Shown here piece after piece: positions 55,433 to 64,000 of a stretch of DNA of 64,000 bases. The notes beneath the pieces are model-generated. The model made no database searches. It saw only the letters and a list, made by a program, of their open reading frames with translations, and was not told where the DNA came from. Source of the DNA: Trichinella spiralis (Eukaryota). Position numbers and translations under genes: made by a program. Position 1 is the stretch's first letter. Every line of letters starts with the position of its first letter. The stretch is taken from contig NW_003526941.1 in assembly GCF_000181795.1 (NCBI RefSeq), positions 4,887,811 through 4,951,810 of the forward strand, read 5' to 3'.

Positions 55433-58400
55433 CCTGTGTCGACAGTTGTTTTGTCATTTTTATTCCATGCAATTTCAAAAGTTTAATTAAATTCTTTCTT
55501 TCAATCATCGCACTCCTCTTTCGTCGAAATATCGGATGATCCATTTATTTACTGTTGCAACTTTGGAGTAAACTTACATTGCTGCTAACTTGCATTTTTT
55601 TATCATGTTATATAACTGGAACAATCCATCTACTTACTACCACCTATTCATGTGCATTCGGATCATGTATAATAATTCTGTGCGTATCTGTATTTATAAT
55701 GTTCGTCAATTCTAACATGAACTTATATTCACACAAATCTAAAAAATATACTATTTAAAACATACAATATACTGGAAGTATTCAGTGCTGCTGTTTAACG
55801 AAATTCTACATTTTGCAATATGGCTGATTCTTCATTTCTGATATTATTTATCGAATGTAACTTTATTTAAAAATCGGTTATTGCAGTTAATCTCAAAAAG
55901 TTGACTTTTAGAAGGCGTTGAAAAGCTTTACTGAACGTGGATGAAAGTGATAGTTTGGAAAATGTCCTTCTACATCTGACTTAAATGTACATTTGTTTTC
56001 TATAGGTAAGTAAATGAATTAACAATCAATTAGAATAAGGGGGAAAATAAATGGGTATTATTTAGTGATTTGTTTGCTTTTTGAAATATACGGTATTTTC
56101 TAACCGTAGATCATTTTCATTTACTTCTTTCTCATTTTTGGAAAATTCTCTAATAATTCAGAATTATCTAAAAGAAATCATTTTCATTTCTCAAAATGAA
56201 TTTTTCCAATGCTAAGCTACGTCGGATAATTAAGCCAACGGCAAAGCCACGCATCAAAATTATGATAAACAACTAGAATGCACAATTATTATTGTCTTCA
56301 TTCAGCAAACATAATTTTTCAGACTGTTAATGCAAAATCACCACATACAACTTTACCATTTTAACGATCATATTACTACTCACATCTAGATATTATTGGA
56401 TAGCCCAAATAGAACAAATTAAGATCAAAAATTTTCATGTTACCGCGACCCAGTTTAAGAGTGGTAAAATTATTGGACCTGACATTAGCTTGAAAACTAA
56501 ATTCAAAACTTCATTTAATTTTTTTCTATGCACTATCTAATGGTATGATGTGTAGATGTGAAAAGTAATATAATCATTCCTATTGTAAAACACTCTCTCA
56601 TATATTGCTATAGTTGTAATTTTACATTTAAAGTTGCGAAACCGATGTTTGCTGAACGTATTAAAACATAGTCATCGAACTTGTTTACCAGAATTTTCAT
56701 GCAAATTTTTAAGTGTGACCTTGAGGTTTGTTTACTTTGCAGCTATTGCTCACCACTAGCTTGAACTTTTAATGTATTGGAAAATCTTCGTTTAAATTGC
56801 TTTTTTTCAAATTCAGTGGTATCTCGTAGTCGAGAAGAACATAATAATTACTATTCTAAAGTTCGAACTCATATAATTCTTTTCGTGGCGTTTTAGATTA
56901 AAAGTCGTGAAAATTTTTGTTTGCTCAACGTGGTGAATTGCAGCCACAGTAGGACTTGTTTACCAGAAAATGTATGCAAATTTTTATTCCACTGCTATGC
57001 GTACGTTTCCGTGACTTTAATGTCGCTGATTGCTGGCCTACGGTCTGCGATGAAAATCATGGAGTATTACTGAAAACTGCTTTGCGTTTCGTTTATTATT
57101 TATTATTTCTTCAAATTAAGTCATCCACATTTGTACGAACGTGAATACAAGAATTACGTGAAGGCATCGAAGGCATTCGTTTAAGTAAGTTGCATTTAGT
57201 TTACTCCTTCTGCAGTTTATTGTTAGCATGGTTCAGAATATACATTGAATGTTTAATAGATATCAGAGCAAAATGACGGAATCTTTTTAAGTTGTGAAAT
57301 TTTGCGGCTAACTACAGCTGCTTACGAAAAATGAGGCATGTCTTTGTTAAATGCTTTAATATTCCACAATAAAGAGCATATTAGCTTCAATTATGATAAG
57401 TACTGAGCTAAGGGTGAAAAAATTTTTAACCTGTGAAGCTATGCATGTCTTCCCATTTGTGGCGCATAAGTGAAGTTATATAACACCACACTAAGGTTAT
57501 TTTTCATTTATTCAAATCAGCTGTCCTCTAAACGCTAGTGTTATCACAGTAGCAGAGTGCTTTGTTTCCTTTGCTGACGTGCTATGTAATAGCAGCATTC
57601 GGTTGCGATCAATCAGTGAGTATCATTTCAAGGAACTGCGGAGTAACTATGTGCGATGACTGAAAAAAGATTAGGAATCAGTGGAAAGCAGGATGAGCAT
57701 CTATGAAGCAGATAAACTTTTCGTTTTCTTTTAATTCAATTATATGTAAATAATTCATCATGATTTAGAATTACAGTAGAAGAACGTGATGAAATTCAAC
57801 GATGAGAAGGCTCATATTGAGGGAAGTCGCATTATTTTTCAATTGATCGCGTTAACTTCATATTATAAATAAAAAATGGGTGTTGAATCTATAATTATTC
57901 TATTTCGTGAACTTTCTGTGTAATTGAAAAGCAGTATGTTAGGATAATTTTAAAATTACATTCTCCAAAATATTATTTATACCTTCCACTGCGTATTAAC
58001 GTGAGCGTTAGATTTAATGTTTGAAATTTTAAGAGATTCGAAGTAGAATGTAGACGCGGTCGATAGGAAACAGAACGGAAAGTAGAAGGTATGTGAAGTT
58101 TCCCGTGGTTCTTAATTCCGTTGGTCTGGTGTGGGGATACTTCGAAAGGGTGAAATTATCCGGTAGTTTAATTACGATAGGGACAAATCTGTATGGATGA
58201 GATTTGAAATAATGCAGTATTTTGGCTTTGACGCAGCAAAATCGTTGTATGCAATTGTTTTCATGAGTCGGAATATTTTGAGATTTTTTTTATTTGTAAA
58301 CATTTATTTATTTTCATTTATCGCATAGCTTAATTTCAAGACACACATTTTTTATTGTTTTCATTAATTAAATTATTTTCATTGTACTATTTTAAAAAAT

Positions 58401-59170
58401 GATTTTTTCTTTTATTAAAAACTCTTATTATGTGTTCCTTTTTGATTTTCTTTCCAAAATTCCCAGCTATTATTCTCTTGGTTCACTTTTATTTTGAGGA
58501 TAATTTGAAATAAAGCGACTCATAATACAATGCATACAAATTTGTAAACACGTAACGAACCGTAATAGGTTGTGCATGGAGATGATATGCCAAATGGAAA
58601 GGCTACAATCAATGGACGAGATGGATGTTAGCATTGATCGGTTGTGGTGACTGAACATTGGAATAGTTTTAATTTTCCGTCAATTATGTGACATTTATTT
58701 TTTCTTTGTTAAATATTTTTGATATTTGTTGAACATATTGCTCATTGCTTTTTCAATGTAATTCAATATTTATCGTCACATTATACCTTTTTTCATATTT
58801 TATCAATCAACATGCTTTATTTTCTTTTAATTTTCTTTGATTTTTCAAAGCTGTTCACACTTTGATTTCATTCTTTTGCTCATTTTTTTGATTTTCACTC
58901 AAAATTGTTTGCATTATTTTCCTGCAGTTTCTCATGTCGACATCAAGATTCTTCATTACAAAAACGTAATTAATATGTTTTGTTACGACTCTTACAGAGG
59001 TAAGAAGCCAGCTTGCCTGCCTTCCTGAATTTCAGTGGATATTTCGCTTCAGAGCGGATCATACACCTTGAACCGCCAAATTCGTAGCCCAAACCAGATC
59101 GCGTAAATGCTTCATGGCAGAAAGTGGCATTTGACTCTTGGAGTGGTTGGTGACTGTGCTCTCGTGAATC
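55433..59170. repeat. ~3.74 kb segment, copy 1 of a direct duplication
   Basis: Near-identical to 59183-62919; the ORF track shows the same small ORFs offset by ~3748 nt. Confidence 0.97.
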
Positions 59171-59180
59171 NNNNNNNNNN
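59171..59180. other. Assembly gap (10 N)
   Basis: Run of n at 59171-59180. Confidence 1.
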
Positions 59181-59182
59181 TA

Positions 59183-62100
59183 CCTGTGTCGAACAGTTGT
59201 TTTGTCATTTTTATTCCATGCAATTTCAAAAGTTAATAAATCTTCTTTCAATCATCGCACTCCTCTTTCGTCGAAATATCGGGATGATCCATTTATTTAC
59301 TGTTGCAACTTTGGAGTAAACTTACATTGCTGCTAACTTGCATTTTTTTATCATGTTATATAACTGGAACAATCCATCTACTTACTACCACCTATTCATG
59401 TGCATTCGGATCATGTATAATAATTCTGTGCGTATCTGTATTTATAATGTTCGTCAATTCTAACATGAACTTATATTCACACAAATCTAAAAAATATACT
59501 ATTTAAAACATACAATATACTGGAAGTATTCAGTGCTGCTGTTTAACGAAATTCTACATTTTGCAATATGGCTGATTCTTCATTTCTGATATTATTTATC
59601 GAATGTAACTTTATTTAAAAATCGGTTATTGCAGTTAATCTCAAAAAGTTGACTTTTAGAAGGCGTTGAAAAGCTTTACTGAACGTGGATGAAAGTGATA
59701 GTTTGGAAAATGTCCTTCTACATCTGACTTAAATGTACATTTGTTTTCTATAGGTAAGTAAATGAATTAACAATCAATTAGAATAAGGGGGAAAATAAAT
59801 GGGTATTATTTAGTGATTTGTTTGCTTTTTGAAATATACGGTATTTTCTAACCGTAGATCATTTTCATTTACTTCTTTCTCATTTTTGGAAAATTCTCTA
59901 ATAATTCAGAATTATTCAAAAGAAATCTTTTTCATTTCTTAAAATTAATTTTTCCAATGCTAAGCTACGTCGGATAATTAAGCCAATGGCAAAGCCACGC
60001 ATGAAAATTATGGTAAACAACTAGAACGCACACTTATTATTGTCTTCATTCAGCAAACATGATTCTTCAGACTGTTAATGCAAAATCACCACATACAACT
60101 TTACCATTTTAACGGTCATATTACTACTCACATCTAGATATTATTGGATAGCCCAAATAGAACAAATTAAGATCAAAAATCTTCATGTTACCGAGACCCA
60201 GTTTAAGAGTGGTAAAATTATTGGACCTCTGACATTAGCTTGAAAACTAAATTCAAAACTTCATTTAATTTTCTTTCTATGCACTATCTAATGGTATGAT
60301 TTAGATGTGAAAAGTAATATAATCATTCCTATTGTAAAACACTCTCTCATATATTGCTATAGTTGTAATTTTACATTTAAAGTTGCGAAACCGATGTTTG
60401 CTGAACGTATTAAAACATAGTCATCGAACTTGTTTACCAGAATTTTCATGCAAATTTTTAAGTGTGACCTTGAGGTTTGTTTACTTTGCAGCTATTGCTC
60501 ACCACTAGCTTGAACTTTTAATGTATTGGAAAATCTTCGTTTAAATTGCTTTTTTTCAAATTCAGTGGTATCTCGTAGTCGAGAAGAACATATTAATTAC
60601 TATTGTAAAATTCGAACTCATATAATTCTTTTCGTGGCGATTTAGATTAAAAGTCGAGAAAATTGTTGTTTGCTCAACGTGCGGAATAGCAGCCACAGTA
60701 GGACTTGTTTACCAGAAAATGTATGCAAATTTTCATTCCATTGCTATGCGTACGCTTATGCGGCTTTAATGTCGATGATTGCTGGCCTACGATCTGTGAT
60801 GAAGATCATGGAGTATTACTGAAAACTGCTTTGCGTTTCGTTTATTATTTATTATTTCTTCAAATTAAGTCATCCACATTTGTACGAACGTGAATACAAG
60901 AATTACGTGAAGGCATCGAAGGCATTCGTTTAAGTAAGTTGCATTTAGTTTACTCCTTCTGCAGTTTATTGTTAGCATGGTTCAGAATATACATTGAATG
61001 TTTAATAGATATCAGAGCAAAATGACGGAATCTTTTTAAGTTGTGAAATTTTGCGGCTAACTACAGCTGCTTACGAAAAATGAGGCATGTCTTTGTTAAA
61101 TGCTTTAATATTCCACAATAAAGAGCATATTAGCTTCAATTATGATAAGTACTGAGCTAAGGGTGAAAAAATTTTCAACCTGTGAAGCTATGCATGTCTT
61201 CCCATTTGTGGCGCATAAGTGAAGTTATATAACACCACACTAAGGTTATTTTTCATTTATTCAAATCAGCTGTCCTCTAAACGCTAGTGTTATCATAGTA
61301 GCAGAGTGCTTTGTTTCCTTTGCTGACGTGCTATGTAATAGCAGCATTCGGTTGCGATCAATCAGTGAGTATCATTTCAAGGAACTGCAGAGTAACGATG
61401 TGCGATGACTGAAAAAAGATTAGGAATCAGTGGAAAGCAGGTGAGCATCTATGAAGCAGATAAACTTTTCGTTTTCCTTTAATTCAATTATATGTAAATA
61501 ATTCATCATGATTTAGAATTACAGTAGAAGAACGTGATGAAATTCAACGATGAGAAGGCTCATATTGAGGGAAGTCGCATTATTTTTCAATTGATCGCGT
61601 TAACTTCATATTATAAATAAAAAATGGGTGTTGAATCTATAATTATTCTATTTCGTGAACTTTCTGTGTAATTGAAAAGCAGTATGTTAGGATAATTTTA
61701 AAATTACATTCTCCAAAATATTATTTATACCTTCCACTGCGTATTAACGTGAGCGTTAGATTTAATGTTTGAAATTTTAAGAGATTCGAAGTAGAATGTA
61801 GACGCGGTCGATAGGAAACAGAACGGGAAATAGAAGGTATGTCAAGTTTCCCGTGGTTCTTAATTCCGTTGGTCTGGTGTGGGGATACTTCGAAAGGGTG
61901 AAGTTATCCGGTAGTTTAATTACGATAGGGACAAATCTGTATGGATGAGATTTGAAATAATGCAGTATTTTGGCTTTGACGCAGCAAAATCGTTGTATGC
62001 AATTGTTTTCATGAGTCGGAATATTTTGAGATATTTTATATTTGTAAACATTTATTTATTTTCATTTATCGCATAGCTTAATTTCAAGACACACATTTTT

Positions 62101-62919
62101 TATTGTTTTCATTAATTAAATTATTTTCATTGTACTATTTTAAAAAATGATTTTTTCTTTTATTAAAAACTCTTATTATGTGTTCCTTTTTGATTTTCTT
62201 TCCAAAATTCCCAGCTATTATTCTCTTGGTTCACTTTTATTTTGAGGATAATTTGAAATAAAGCGACTCATAATACAATGCATACAAATTTGTAAACACG
62301 TAACGAACCGTAATAGGTTGTGCATGGAGAAGATATGCCAAATGGAAAGGCTACAATCAATGGACGAGATGGATGTTAGCATTGATCGGTTGTGGTGACT
62401 GAACATTGGAATAGTTTTAATTTTCCGTCAATTATGTGACATTTATTTTTTCTTTGTTAAATATTTTTGATATTTGTTGAACATATTGCTCATTGCTTTT
62501 TCAATGTAATTCAATATTTATCGTCACATTATACCTTTTTTCATATTTTATCAATCAGCATGCTTTATTTTCTTTTAATTTTCTTTGATTTTTCAAAGCT
62601 GTTCACACTTTGATTTCATTCTTTTGCTCATTTTTTTGATTTTCACTCAAAATTGTTTGCATTATTTTCCTGCAGTTTCTCATGTCGACATCAAGATTCT
62701 TCATTACAAAAACGTAATTAATATGTTTTGTTACGACTCTTACAGAGGTAAGAAGCCAGCTTGCCTGCCTTCCTGAATTTCAGTGGATATTTCGCTTCAG
62801 AGCGGATCATACACCTTGAACCGCCAAATTCGTAGCCCAAACCAGATCGCGTAAATGCTTCATGGCAGAAAGTGGCATTTGACTCTTGGAGTGGTTGGTG
62901 ACTGTGCTCTCGTTGAATC
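59183..62919. repeat. ~3.74 kb segment, copy 2 of the direct duplication
   Basis: Begins cctgtgtcg.. like 55433 and ends ..gaatc like 59170; differs by scattered substitutions and small indels. Confidence 0.97.
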
Positions 62920-63582
62920 GTAAATAACAATATTGCTGTCATACATTACACTCAATACTACTGTATATTTGATGAACGATCTTAAGATTGCATACTTTTT
63001 GTATTATTACAATTAATGCTTATAATTTGCTGCCGTTTGCGTGCATGTTATTTCCACTTATTTTTCAAATAACGTTAGCATATATGTCAATAAGAAAAGA
63101 CTTGTAGTGAATTTGTTATTTCAAATTGCGCAATTTTACCTTATTTGCATTTAGAATAAATTACGGCTGGTTTTGTTCTTGCACTACTTTGTCATCATTT
63201 GATGATTTTATATTTTCTGTAAAACGTGAGGAAAAACGCATTAATTAATTTAATTTTTGCAGGGCTGACATTTAATTCAGTTAGTATCCCATTAATAAAT
63301 TTGATTTTCCAATTCCACGACAATAAACATTCCCTACCCACCGTACTAAACCGTAACACCATTAAATGTAAAGCCAGGTAAGCGTATACACATCACTCGA
63401 ACATGAATCTGTATGCATTTTTTTGTAAACAAGTCTTTCTGTGCCTGCATTTCTTTTTGTTATGCAAACAAAAATTTTCACGACTGTTAATCTGAAATCA
63501 CACTGAAGGCAATGTACGTAATACAATTTTACAATAATATCAGTTACGTTATTCCTCATTACTAGGTATTATAAATTTTTTG

Positions 63583-63733
63583 AAAAATAAAAATATCTAA
63601 TGAAGCTTTTTTATAGATTAGATGATTTATGATAAATCAGTAGTAGTTTATTTGTGCCCACCATATATATAAATGTATATCATTGGTTTGCTTAAAAATA
63701 GAAATATCTAATGAAGCTTTTTTATAGATTAGA
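63583..63733. repeat. Two ~40-bp direct repeats (aaaaata[a/g]aaatatctaatgaagcttttttatagattaga)
   Basis: Copies at ~63583-63622 and ~63694-63733. Confidence 0.85.
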
Positions 63734-64000
63734 AGCCGACGCTTATGGCGAGCTATAGTTGCTAAGCAAACAAGCGGTAAGGCAATGCAAGCATGAAAAT
63801 TTGCATGCTAGCGAGACGCGCCTAACAGTGATGAAATAATTCACCTAACATTTGCTTTGAAAGTAAATTAATAACTTTATTTAATTTACCTTATTTGGGC
63901 TATCCAATTGCTTCTAGATGTGCGGAGCAATATTATCGTTAATATTGGAAAGTTCTATCTCATATCCTGTTGTTTGAACGATTATTCATCAACGGTCGCG

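Noticed and set aside
58030..58260. GC-richer block in the duplication considered as structured RNA (RNase P/MRP, ribozyme) or transposon remnant
   Set aside because: No diagnostic motif set or protein similarity recognisable by eye.
62718..62942. Minus-strand ORF (…ESNATFCHEAFTRSGLGYEFGGSRCMIR…) with a gtaag donor, also present in copy 1
   Set aside because: No recognisable family, and I could not link it to further in-frame exons.
63583..63733. Direct repeats considered as a CRISPR-like array
   Set aside because: Only two units, AT-rich, eukaryotic context, no cas genes.

Overview
AT-rich eukaryotic genomic DNA with many short (~50-70 nt) GT-AG introns, not prokaryotic. Gene content, intron size and operon-like spacing suggest a nematode, plausibly clade I such as Trichinella (inference, not verified). 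All gene models were spliced by eye. In order: ZNHIT6/BCD1 (partial), UBXN6, dystroglycan, two tandem RBX1 genes, a secreted trypsin-like protease, an ACAD9-like dehydrogenase, GTF2H5, cytochrome c, RPL18A, NCKAP1/gex-3, PSMD2/RPN1, an orphan Ser-rich multi-exon gene, an intronless UBE2Q-like E2, a possible small tail-anchored orphan, a Storkhead-box (HAM-1/STOX) gene, and a ~3.7 kb duplication flanking an assembly gap. Best leads: (1) the orphan gene is built from ten consecutive symmetric phase-1 exons and carries two LIR-like motifs; (2) the dystroglycan keeps vertebrate-type features reported missing from C. elegans DGN-1; (3) the ACAD9-like protein has Met at the catalytic Glu position; (4) a divergent RBX1 paralog sits beside a canonical copy that needs a GC-AG intron; (5) three operon-like gene pairs. 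I found no tRNA, rRNA, CRISPR array or intact mobile element, and no clearly demonstrable new multi-gene system.
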